The translations under genes were made by a program, and so were the position numbers. Of a stretch of 64,000 nt of DNA, positions 1 to 10,792 are shown one piece after another (positions within the stretch are counted from its first letter, which is position 1; every line of letters begins with the position of its first letter). A model generated the notes under the pieces. The model saw nothing but the letters and a program-made list of their open reading frames with translations. It had not been told where the DNA came from and did no database searches. The DNA lies in NCBI GenBank assembly GCA_048013815.1, contig CM106586.1:5270001-5334000 (forward strand), in the 5' to 3' direction. The DNA is from Setoptus koraiensis. Its lineage: Eukaryota > Animalia > Arthropoda.

Positions 1-946
1 CATGGACCGTTGGTGACGAGCACTTGACGATGCTGTCGGAATTTCTAGTCAATAAAGATAACAAATATGCCCCGAACGTACCGTTGCTCACTTTACAAGT
101 TCTCCAAGGTGAGATATCGCACTCAAACAACTTTCAAACACACTTGAATCAGCACATACAGAATCACTAAGACAGGTTCTAAACGTTTTGCTAGCTAACC
201 TCATTAACGATCATCTAACTTTTCTCCATTTGTACCCCAATAATTTAATATGGTGATAACAATAATATGTAAAAAAAATGATAATCTAGCGTCTGCACTC
301 AAAGATGACTTTGTGTTAATACTTCATCAGGATCGTAAAGAACACAGACTAATGTCTTATATGAACACAATGGAGCAATTAACTTTGGCAGAACAAGAAG
401 AGATTGTAAAATTGTTATGTAACTTGTGCGGGGTGCCGGGTAGTTTTGATTGGCTTATGTACATATCTGAGGTGAGTTTCAAAATAGTGAAAACAAACCA
501 CTGAAATTTCAATCTGTGCTCCGATATCTAACCAACATATTTTTTTTCAATTCTTTATCCTTCTTATTATTCCCTGATAGTGGACGGATCACGATGGGTC
601 CGTTACTAGTAACAGTAGAGTTACAACAAAAGCTGCCGTCCATGCAATCTTGAACGACAAGTTAACAACCCTTCAAGATTGCGGTATTAATCTCATGTTT
701 AATTTGGCCTTGAAAAATGTTTTTGATGATGTTGCATCAGAATTATCAACGGCTATCTTGCAATATCTTCACACTGACATCAGTGAGAAGCACACCCTCT
801 TGTGTGTGGTGGCTCTGACGAGATTCATCGAAATCAACTCGTCAGACGTGATGGCCCTCGTCAAGATGCTGGGTCCTGATTTGAACAAGCTCAAAGGCAA
901 AACCGCTGAAATTGATCAACTGGTGGAGGCCATAGAATCTAAATAA
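1..946 (+). CDS. 3' part (last three visible exons: 1-108, 290-471, 581-946) of a PUL/armadillo-like domain protein (PPPDE-PUL or PLAA-like); 5' end lies outside the window
   Basis: GT..AG introns 109-289 and 472-580 join in frame: ...LQVLQ/ASALKDDFVLILHQDRKEH...DWLMYISE/WTDHDGSVTSNSRVTTKAAVHAILND...VFDDVASELSTAILQYL...IESK*. The helical-repeat character and the VFDDVAxEL..LQ motif recall arthropod PUL-domain C-termini (family from memory). Confidence 0.6.
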
Positions 947-1695
947 AGATAATCAGTCAGTCCGTTCCTGCTTTAGACATGGGTTGTTGTTGCTAAAACT
1001 TCTTAAATTATGTTGAAATCAAAAGTATGATGATTTATATATACAAAAGCACTGTTTTATCTTTGATTGTCAGTCTAGGTACCAAGAGAGATGTTGATGT
1101 GGTACTAGTAATGCTATCTATCTATATATTAAAATAAAGTAAGGCATAAAAAATTTATAAATTAAAATAACTGGTAGTGCAAGATGGATTGATAGTATAC
1201 AAGAAGCGGACATTTTTGTCCATCAACTTTGGGTTTTGTCCATGGATCCTAGTGGCGATTAGAGACGAGCAACGAAAAAAAATTGACATACAAATAATGT
1301 TGGCCAATCAGCACTGTATCGTAACACCATCTCATGTGACCATTATTTATGAACGCGCGATACTTGCAAAAATAACAAATAGATTAACAGGACAAATATC
1401 GTATGAACCGGTCAATAGCACGCGTTGAAACTGCATCATTTTGCACGAACGTTTTTCACATATAAGATATATCCTTTATTTATTGGACTGTCATATGTTG
1501 AGTGAAGCATCTGGTTATTATCCATAAAATATTCGTCTTAAAACATTTGTTTTAAAGAATTTTATTCGAAGCATTCAATGAGTTCTTCCAGAAGAAGAAT
1601 TCTATTCCTCAAACTGCAAAAACGTGGAAATTTGTTTTGAAATTATCAGTGGAGGCTTCATATCAATTTTGAAGATATACACAACTTTCACAATC

Positions 1696-2649
1696 ATGGA
1701 TCGTCATTCCGACCTCGAAGGTCTACTCAAGTATTTTATGGAGAAAATCGAGACTATCGAGATGACTATACCCCTCACAAAGCTTTGTCATCAAACTCAA
1801 ATTAAAACTGACGATCCAAATGCTTTAAAATTTAGATTACCTGTTGGAAACATGGGAGGTCTGATTCACAACAACGGTAGCATATCGGAAGCAATAGATG
1901 GATTCAGTGACGTTGATTTGAAGGCACTAGAACAAAATGTCAATGATATGGAAGAACTCATCGACAAAATAAATAACAAGATCAAGGATCAGGAGATGAA
2001 GCTCATAAACCAACAGGAGCGTATCGATAAGAATTGTGACATTTTAGCTGAAAGAGTTTCAAAGTTATCTATTATGAAGAAGAGGCAGAGAGCCGAGAAA
2101 CCTGCGTCCCCGCAATCATCACAAGAAGTGAAAACTCCTCCGAAATCTTGCCTCTCAAATGGTCAATCTGTAAGGAAAGCTCAAAACGGACACAGTGTAT
2201 ACAGGTATTTGGCAGCTAGGAGCGTCAAGAAGCCAGATCATATGTGGTCAACTGATAGTAAGCCACGCTTCGATACCACGTTTACACCCAAGACGACCAA
2301 AATAAAAGGTATGCAGACACCTAAACAACCAAGTTTGAATACAATCACTACCACTGCTCTCAAGTCTGCACGAAAGCCAAATTTGTATACTGCCCAATCA
2401 AACTTTTGTAGATCATCGATCCGAGCCCCTGTAACACAACAACGTTCCATATCAAATATGTCTTGTACTTCTTCAAAGACAACTACTTCTGTCAGTAGAC
2501 CTGCAAACTATAAGTATGCTCAATCCAAGTATAGAGCGGACGGCTCACTTATAAAGAAACCTAGCGCGTCAAATTTGGGCACGATGGCACAGCAAGCTAG
2601 CAATAGAGCATCTCGTTTAGATACAGAGGCATACATAATTAGTAGATGA
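1696..2649 (+). CDS. Uncharacterised protein with N-terminal coiled coil (weak SKA1 N-terminus resemblance) and a basic Ser/Thr/Lys-rich tail
   Basis: Open 317-codon frame from ATG 1696, heptad-like segment LKALEQNVNDMEELIDKINNKIKDQEMKL, low-complexity basic C-terminal half; converges on GINS1. Confidence 0.6.
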   Translation: MDRHSDLEGLLKYFMEKIETIEMTIPLTKLCHQTQIKTDDPNALKFRLPVGNMGGLIHNNGSISEAIDGFSDVDLKALEQNVNDMEELIDKINNKIKDQEMKLINQQERIDKNCDILAERVSKLSIMKKRQRAEKPASPQSSQEVKTPPKSCLSNGQSVRKAQNGHSVYRYLAARSVKKPDHMWSTDSKPRFDTTFTPKTTKIKGMQTPKQPSLNTITTTALKSARKPNLYTAQSNFCRSSIRAPVTQQRSISNMSCTSSKTTTSVSRPANYKYAQSKYRADGSLIKKPSASNLGTMAQQASNRASRLDTEAYIISR

Positions 2650-2741
2650 AGTCGAATGCTGTCTTGTTTTTATAGAAAAATAATTATATATATTTACTCC
2701 TAAACAGACCACAAAAACATCACACAATATACTGTAATTAA

Positions 2742-3386
2742 TTATCTGCTTGTCTGCTCAAGTACCCCTTGATGGATAAGCTTTTCGCATTGGTTCAAGG
2801 GTAAAAAATGAATGCTATCTTTTTTAAGCATAACGGGTTGGCCATCTTCCAAATCGAATTGTCCGTAATCTCTCACGCACTTGACTTGAATGTATAGCCT
2901 TTTTGGGGGTGTGATATACTTTGTCAAGTCCAGACCAACATTACCTTGACCATCATTTTTAAGCGATATCATATATTCAAAAAGGTTATTATTGTATTTG
3001 GCGAACCATTCTAGCTCCTCCTTGGAGAGATGTTTCTCTATCTCTTTGGGAAGCTTGTTTCCGTATTCCCAACGTAACCTTTTGAGTCTTGTAAGTCGCT
3101 CATAATGGTAGGCTATGAGGCATCGTTTGTTCCATAATTTGGCAGTATGACGTGCTTGCATGACCATAATATCCTTCTCGGCAATGTTACTTGATCCATC
3201 ATGTTGGTCTGCTTGATCGCTGACCTCCTCACTTTTCTCGCCTTGGCTAGTTCTTACATTCTCAGCAAATAGTTCGTTATTTTCCTGGATGACTTGTTGC
3301 ACTAGACCATGTTGATACTCGGGTATTATCTCTCCACTATCACGTGTTATGTCGCGTATTAACTCTGATGCGGCTTCGCCGAGCAT
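2742..3386 (-). CDS. GINS1: GINS complex subunit 1 (Psf1), intronless
   Basis: Hallmark segments WNKRCLIAYHYERL, LRWEYGNKLP, PPKRLYIQVKCVRDYG and HFLPLNQCEKLIHQGVLE; 214 aa. Confidence 0.96.
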   Translation of the reverse strand: MLGEAASELIRDITRDSGEIIPEYQHGLVQQVIQENNELFAENVRTSQGEKSEEVSDQADQHDGSSNIAEKDIMVMQARHTAKLWNKRCLIAYHYERLTRLKRLRWEYGNKLPKEIEKHLSKEELEWFAKYNNNLFEYMISLKNDGQGNVGLDLTKYITPPKRLYIQVKCVRDYGQFDLEDGQPVMLKKDSIHFLPLNQCEKLIHQGVLEQTSR

Positions 3387-3587
3387 TTTCTTGGTTATTA
3401 TCTTTAATATGGTGTTGCAATGTATAATGCAGCCAATTGTTCAAATCATCTCATTAATGCGACACCGGACTAATACAGTGTTATCTTCTTGTCCTTTCTA
3501 TTCAACCAGATTATCATCAATATGAGACAAGCTGTCGATTGTGCTATCCTGCAGGAACGACATCACATTTTCATAGCGAGTGCAGAT

Positions 3588-3599
3588 ATTGCGCGCAAT
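3588..3599. promoter_or_regulatory. Palindromic E2F-like site about 200 bp upstream of the GINS1 ATG
   Basis: ATTGCGCGCAAT perfect palindrome inside the imperfect GCAGAT...ATCTGC; GINS1 is a typical G1/S gene. Motif match only. Confidence 0.3.
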
Positions 3600-4135
3600 C
3601 TGCTTCTCACTAATCTGCAGTATTTTTCTCTCACAACAATAAACATCTGCTGATCTGTAAGACAGTGATTATCTCGTTGAGCACACCAGAAATACCATGT
3701 CATCTCTATGGTGCTAAAAATTTAACGTATTATTATTAATATTCTCCAATAATTATTGGATTCGATAAAATCTATCTTCAAATTAATTGTCTGATGATTA
3801 TAGTCAAGAAAACAGTTTATACACAATAAATCTTGATGATTTTTGGACTATTATTCTTGTTATCACTGCTGACCGGTATATTTGTGGTCAATTTGTCTCT
3901 CATATCAATTGTCTGGAAAATTTACAGGGACAAGATACAAATACTAGTCAGTCAGAAATCTTCTATTGATGCTTTAGATCTCGATTATCCAAAGGATCAT
4001 ACACCAAGGATCTAGGCGATCTCTCACAATACCAAAATAGTCTATCCATAGAGAATCAATTCGATCTACCTTAGTTATTATTATTCAAGTTATATTAACA
4101 ATTCTTGTTTATTTTGAAAGGATCTCCCTAAATAG

Positions 4136-4903
4136 ATGGCTTTCAATCCCATAAAAGAGTTTTTCAAACGTAAGAAAGCCGAAGTCAAGTTTTCTCGTGC
4201 TGGCCCAGCACACAAACTATCATCAGATACTGACGGACCCACAACCAGTCAAGCCACATCTGCAAAGGCTGCCGCTGCAGAGGCTGCAATGAAAAGATTT
4301 AATCAAGATCCTGGACGCAGGCCTCCTGCACAGAAGCCAAGAACTTCCCAACCAACTAATCCAGCTCCAGTTAGAAAGCAAGAAGAGGAGCCCAAGCAGT
4401 CAAACGAAGAGCCCGAAACAGATGATGTTGGAGAATTAGATAGAAAAGTGCAAGTATTTACATTGGAAGAGTTGGCCCAACGTATAAAAGCACCCGATAT
4501 AGATGACAACTTTTTCCGAATGACTGTTGAGGATGCACAGCTGATTAAGAAGAGGTACGATGAAGAGCGTAAAAAGAATGAGGTCCTGATGACCAGTGAA
4601 ATGCGCCGCAGATTGGATAATCAACCCAAAAGAACAAGCAAAGTCTGTAGAATAAGATTCAAGTTGCCCAATAGTCTAGTACTCGAATCATCATTCAAAT
4701 CAACTGAAACCTTAGATGACATCAAGGTATGGCTAGTGAATGCTTGTCTAGAAAAAACTGGGACACAACTAAATGAATTTGATATATTACTTGGACACAT
4801 ACCGTTTAAACCGAAAGACATGTCCAAATCAGCCCTCGACGCCGGTCTTGTTCCGGCATCAACTCTGACTATTGTTGAAAGGCAATCAAAGGCCACTTCT
4901 TGA
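4136..4903 (+). CDS. UBXN6: UBX domain protein 6-like p97/VCP cofactor (VIM plus UBX; PUB domain apparently absent), intronless
   Basis: N-terminus KEFFKRKKAEVKFSRAGPAHKL matches the UBXN6 start, VIM-like KAAAAEAAMKR, then LDRKVQVF..DDNFFRMTVE..LMTSEMR..CRIRFKLPNSLVLESSFKSTETL UBX region. Confidence 0.8.
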   Translation: MAFNPIKEFFKRKKAEVKFSRAGPAHKLSSDTDGPTTSQATSAKAAAAEAAMKRFNQDPGRRPPAQKPRTSQPTNPAPVRKQEEEPKQSNEEPETDDVGELDRKVQVFTLEELAQRIKAPDIDDNFFRMTVEDAQLIKKRYDEERKKNEVLMTSEMRRRLDNQPKRTSKVCRIRFKLPNSLVLESSFKSTETLDDIKVWLVNACLEKTGTQLNEFDILLGHIPFKPKDMSKSALDAGLVPASTLTIVERQSKATS

Positions 4904-5164
4904 TAGTAACGCATTTGGGAACCGGAGAATGAATTGAGAATAAACCCATTTTAGTAAATTTTCGAGATAAGGATGTCGTATTAAATATATATATATTTAT
5001 ATATGTATGTGTATATAAACATATATAAATATATATATCACATAATGTCTACTGATATAACTAACTTTGACTAATTGCATTTTTTAACTTTTTCTAATTA
5101 TTATGGGGTTGAACTCTCGAATCTTGCCATTCCCCCTTTCAACAGCAAGCACGAACTTCGACTA

Positions 5165-5510
5165 CTAGTTATCAGGCACATCGCTTAAACCTCTTGATGG
5201 AGCCTCTGGGTCGCCAAACTTGTCTCTGTCCCTTCTATAGTGACCCCAAGCAAAATGTGAATGAGCCTCATCTTCTGTGAGAGATCGACTGGTGGGTCTT
5301 CCATAGGCTACCATATGTATAAGCTATGTTTTCGTGTTATGGTTGCAAAGTGGAAGAATATATCAAGGTTAGACAATTATAATCTTAGGTATTTGACCTG
5401 TGTAATATAAATGATTACGCATTTATTATGGTGCTTACAGGAGGGTACCACTGAGGTATCGACATCAGTCCCATGATGACAGCCAATGGAGGTGCAAGCG
5501 TCCACCACAT
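5165..5510 (-). CDS. NDUFA1: NADH:ubiquinone oxidoreductase subunit A1 (MWFE), two exons (5510-5439, 5323-5165), 76 aa; absent from the ORF track
   Basis: Phase-0 intron 5438-5324 (GTAAG...CTAAC...CATAG) gives MWWTLAPPLAVIMGLMSIPQWYPP/LIHMVAYGRPTSRSLTEDEAHSHFAWGHYRRDRDKFGDPEAPSRGLSDVPDN*. It has the MW..L.P N-terminal TM helix, G.P..R, and Y.RD...DP...GL..VPD pattern of MWFE. Confidence 0.8.
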
Positions 5511-6380
5511 GTTTCTTTAAGAGAATTTTCGTCCACAAGATTGATGTTTTAATAGTAATAATAATAGTTTCGATCTTATAATTTCAAAGAAGACTTAATA
5601 TGAGTTGTTTCATCTAAATAAGTGGATAACATAGAGGGCATCGTGTTATGTCAGGAGAAGAACAGATGGTGTTCCGATCAACTCTAATATTTACTACAGT
5701 TACTTATTAAAGGATGCCTTGGACAGTGCATTTTTCGAAAGTCATGGTGGATGCTATGCACGCACAGGTCGTACTTGAGCGCAATTACTGCAGAATTCAA
5801 TGGACAATATTATGGCACACGCAACGCATACAGATGACCTGAAGCGAGCATTTCCCATGCATCTGTCGAGCGTTCTGTGCATTCGAGCTGCACAGAATGA
5901 ATTAGTAAATATTCGAGCTGATAGAGGCACCCAATGTGAAAAGAGATTTCTGATGGAAATCCTGATGTGCGCATGATCAAGATCACCAATTTGATTTTTC
6001 TGGCGCGACCGATTTTCTATCGCCCATCCGAATGCTTTTTAGTGGTCGGCAAGGACAAGGCATCGGAAGGCAGCTTTTGGGGTGCCTTTTGATGGAGGAC
6101 TCCCATGCTGCTGCTTCTTTCTCCCATAGCCCCGCCCTTCCTTACTTCTTTCCCTACATAAACACCGGAGAGAATTGTGCACAATTCTTAGTTTGATAGT
6201 TTCCTCGTTAGAGGGCGTCTCTCTAAATTTGCAAGAACGACTAAACACAGGACATGTATTAAACTGCAAGAATTTCTGCAAGATTCTGTTCAGAGTCTGT
6301 GGGCGGTAGCTAGAGTCCATAGAATCGTGTGCCTGTGTGCTAATGATGAACGTGCACGCTTTTACCACTCTAATAAACTC

Positions 6381-6436
6381 GTGTCCATTATAGATCGTTC
6401 ATGTTCGAATGAGAATGAACGATCTATAATGGACAC
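6381..6436. repeat. Perfect 22-bp inverted repeat with 12-nt loop (56-nt hairpin)
   Basis: GTGTCCATTATAGATCGTTCAT (6381-6402) and ATGAACGATCTATAATGGACAC (6415-6436) are exact reverse complements. Confidence 0.9.
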
Positions 6437-9400
6437 ACATTTCCCATCAGCCATGTCGACTCCTGATCTTATCTGACATCGCGTACGACATCAAGTTGTT
6501 TTGCACACCGTACCATTGAGTTTTATTGCAGCTACGCGTGTCGTGTTCATCTAAAAGTGGGCCGCCGTTGCCGGCAGACAGAGAACACACACACTTTCTT
6601 TCTTTCTCTTTCTCCATACAGCGGGCTGCTATGGAGAAAGCATAGCCGCACTGATTGGCATCGCCGTGCGTTGTGGGCGCCAGCGATGCGCACCACAGAC
6701 GAGTGCAGTGTGCGCATCGGTGTCGTGCATCTCGTTCGGCGCTGCATGACGTCGAACATCAAAAGTTCTTTCATCGCACACACACACACACACATTCATT
6801 GCATGTTGTGCAACGCTCATCATGAGCGGCTCACGGCATAGAATGAGCACACTTCCTTTGCCCGTTGCACCGTGCACCAACAGACTGGTTGTAACAAACA
6901 AGAGCACACACGGTTTTTCTCATCACACAGTTTGCGCTACTGCATCAGCGGCTTCATTCGAAAGTGCTTGCACCATGCGATTTTCACAGCGGAGGTTCCA
7001 TGGTGCACGCACGATGGCGCATGGCGATCCACTCAATTATGCATGTGTGTTGGTATCATGTCATGTTGGTTATACATGGCACAATGGATCGGTCTAGTTC
7101 GGTTGTTGCTGTTGCTGTCCATTAGCGTTATTAGAGTACGCATACAATAATCAGAGGAATTGATATTGCAGCTAGCGAATAAGTGCACACAGAGTTCTTA
7201 TTTAGCTTATCTATGATAGAACAACAACAAATACAAATGCAAATAATAATAGCAATAATAATAGTGGCAATAATGGTAATAGTAGTAGTTAGTATTTACA
7301 GTAGTATTGGTCACAACGCATCGGTCGCAATGGCGCATGCTTTTCCATTAGCATTCACAAACGAGCCTAGATATAGAAGCAACATTACAGCAGATAGGAA
7401 TAGAGAGATAGAGCGAAAGATCAAAACGCCGATAGAAGAGCCAATTTAAGATTAAATTGCCCAACCTGTGTGACCATTGGTGCATGCAAATAGCCACCAC
7501 TACAATGTGTGTACCTGTAGATCATCTCGATGAGCCGGAGCTGGACCCAGAGTCAATCGTTCACGCAACGCCAGTCGGCTGGACCAACGAAGCCGGCCGG
7601 CCGAGCTAGCCGGTTGTGGTTGCAGTTGTATTCGTATACTAGAAAGTGAGGGAGACAGTGCCAATAATAACCGTGCATCGGCACTCATATGGATGGAACA
7701 TATCACTACTGTTGATATGCCTTTTGCATCAGACCAGTTTGTTCGTATCTCTTCTATGCTCTTGCCTTTACAGTGTCCATGACGAGAAATGTCGAATGTC
7801 AATGGCGACACACACAATACAAGTGTGCAGGCGTATTTCATCATGGTGAGCACCAGAACATAAGTCGCCGAGTAAAACAACATGTTGTTGTTGATTTTTA
7901 TACCACATTATCAGGCGCTCAGTTACTCAGGCTAAGTAAGCTCACTCGTAAGCTTGCGAATAGTTGAGCAGGTGTAAAAGTAACCTTGATACTAGCCGCT
8001 GTTGCTGCTGCTTCTACTTCATGATTACATTGCAAACAACCACCAACCAGAGACGCTAAAAGAGCCACTCACTACATGACTGTATGATGCAGAACGAACA
8101 CAAAGAGGCGTCTATGGCGACTCGAGCTCACAGACTCACTTGTCGAACAGCCACAGCGTACTTAATCATAATATGAGAAGCCAGAAACTGACGGACTTTC
8201 TGCTGCGTTTGGGCTGGCGCTCAGGTTATTCAATTTTAGAGAGCAGCAAAAGAAGTTTCTGTTTTTATCCATTAGAAGCCTGGATAGCATATAGTAGCAC
8301 AAAAGAGAGTCTTTCCTTCTACTTAAAATCTCAACACTACCATCCACTAAACCTTAAACCTTAGCCAAATGGCAAGTAGTTGTTCATGTTATTACTTTCA
8401 CTATGACTAATATGCCATCACTATTATCTACCTGTTACTCTTTACATGTTAAATCACCGCACACTCAAATTGCCAGGCACGGCACTATACAAAAAGAAGA
8501 AATGTCATTTAGGTTGTCGCTTGTCCAATAGCGTGATATTCGAAAGAAAAGAAGGCAGCCGCAACAGCTGTCATCGTTGTTAGTACCCGCTGACGTACAT
8601 TGGTACCACCAGCCACTAGCACTCTAGAATTAGTCTGTTTCCTCAATGACGATGAGCGGAACGATGAGGAACTTGAAAGTTATCGAGTGCTAGACTGCTG
8701 TCTTATTAAGACATTTGTATCACGCACTATCGCGTCGTATCGACTATTGCAGAGCGTTGCTCGTTGCGTCGTTCCTGGAGGCAATATTAGGTGACTTAAT
8801 TACATGGTTGACTATATATATATCCTATTATGTCTATCTATCCAATTAATTATTTCAAGTTTAGTTGAGGTTTCACTAAAGGATAGACTGAGAAAAGGAG
8901 AATTCCTCTTCGAATGGTGATTACCTCTGTCATCATCACTATTATTTGTATGCAGCATGCATGCTACTACTACCTTCAAATACATTCTATTTAGACAGTT
9001 GAAAAGTTGATTTGTCACCTGTCTCATCAGTGCTTGTGTGTGATGCTTTTCTCTAGATACGATCGTTACGAATTCGCTGGTAGTTGAGTGAATTCAAATG
9101 AGTGATTCAATGCAACCACTAAATCACCATATCATCATCGCGTCACTTCGGCGTGTGCGACACACTATCAATAGTAGTATGATTATTTGTGCAACTAATC
9201 TAGGAAAATTCACGACTTGTTTGTTTTAACTAAATAAAGATGTATTTTCCACTAGCTTCAGTTGAGAAATAGTGCGACGATGACTACCATTGCGTTGGCA
9301 TTGTTGATCATTATATACTCCAACAATCTAAGACTTGTTGAAGTGCGCTATGTATAGTATGAGGCAGTTGAGTCAACAGAGGTGAATCATCGTCAAACAC

Positions 9401-9932
9401 AATTAAATGCGAAAGGTAAGAGCAACAGTAACTAAGAAGGGGATGCACTCTGTCAGCTTTTTACCAGTGTATGCGTGCTACAGTTATAAGTTCTCTTCGG
9501 GATGGCTTCTATTCTTTCTTCATCAGTAGATAGATAGATAAAACAATATATATAAATATACGCATAATAGTGGTGAGAGTAGTGTCAAGTGTAAGTGTGT
9601 CTTTTATTTTTATCATCGCCTACTCAAGTGAGCCCATTTGCTCTATTGACCAGTCAACACACAAAGATTATAATCTTGACAGCAGATCTTTCGTGCCACT
9701 CAGTTGATACTAGCAACTTCTCGCTGCAACATAATAAGCAAACTTTTCGTTGCATTGCACACTTTTCAAAGAAGATAACTGGTGCTGTCATTTGAAAAGA
9801 AATTTAAACACAAGTTTCTAATTGTGTCCAATAACGCTTGAACATCCGTCATTATAAGGAGCGCACACTCACAAAGTCAAGTTATAGTTAGTTCAACCAA
9901 CAACAGTTAACAGTAATAATCATACATCAACA

Positions 9933-10792
9933 ATGAAACAAACAACAATGACCGCCACAGTGGCTTTGGTGGCCATTGCAGCCGTACTGGCTACAATTTG
10001 TAGAGAAGTGGACGGAGCAGCGGCCCCGGTTGAATCGTGTCACTTGAGAGAGTTTGATTTGTGTATGACATCGGCCGTTGTATTTATACAGCAACCACAA
10101 GGCTCTAAAGTGTCCGAAGCCGAAATAGAGAAACAATGTGGCTTATTCAAAGAGACAGAGGATTGTTTGGATAATTTTGAAGCGAATTGTATGACCAAGG
10201 GACAACATCAATTGATTGATTTTGCCAGTGGTGGTGTATTGAAATACATGAAAGACTATTGTAAGAAGGGATCAGATACAAGAAAATTGTATTTGAAACA
10301 TGGCGATTGTGTCAACAAACAGAGAAAGAACGCCAACAAATGTTTGATAGATTTCCAAGCGGCCGTTGAAAAGGCAACAGTGGACAGCACCAATTGGAAG
10401 GAAAGACCAAAGACTCTTTGTTGGTACGTATCAATGTTCTATATTGACAGCACTGGCATTTGTGTCAGCATTAAAACTCGTGCCTCTATAAACACGTGCT
10501 AATTATACTCATCATTTTATCATCTCATGTTCACATTCTCAACAGTGCCTTGGATCGATACCGTGATTGCAACCAAAAAATAATTGAAGCAGCTTGTGGT
10601 AAAGAGGCAGTTCAAGTCGGTGAAACACTGATTAAGGCAACATTTTCGCGCGCTGCCTCAGTATCTTGTGATAAATACAAGCATACTAGCGCCGAATGTA
10701 AGGCAATATTGCCACCTGTCGGTACAAAACCATTAGGCGCAAAGTCTGGCTCAGTCTTATCGAAACTGATGTCCACAATAACCCAATCATAA
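9933..10792 (+). CDS. Secreted cysteine-rich protein, two exons (9933-10423, 10546-10792), 245 aa
   Basis: Signal peptide MKQTTMTATVALVAIAAVLATICREVDG; spaced Cys pattern CHLREFDLC..QC..TEDC..NC..YC..DC..KC..CC..DC..AC..SC..EC; phase-2 intron GTACGT..AACAG restores the CC pair. Confidence 0.85.

Noticed and set aside
1177-1428. 83-aa ORF and minus-strand exon-like fragments
   Set aside because: Non-ATG start, no consistent splice model and no recognisable motif.
3833-4015. 60-aa ORF with a hydrophobic N-terminus
   Set aside because: It lies in the AT-rich GINS1/UBXN6 divergent promoter, where such hydrophobic ORFs arise by chance; no family recognised.
6039-9027. Numerous 60-130 aa ORFs on both strands, including an exon-like DHLDEPELDPES segment near 7520
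   Set aside because: Overlapping in multiple frames with no domain signal, and no in-frame spliced model could be assembled.
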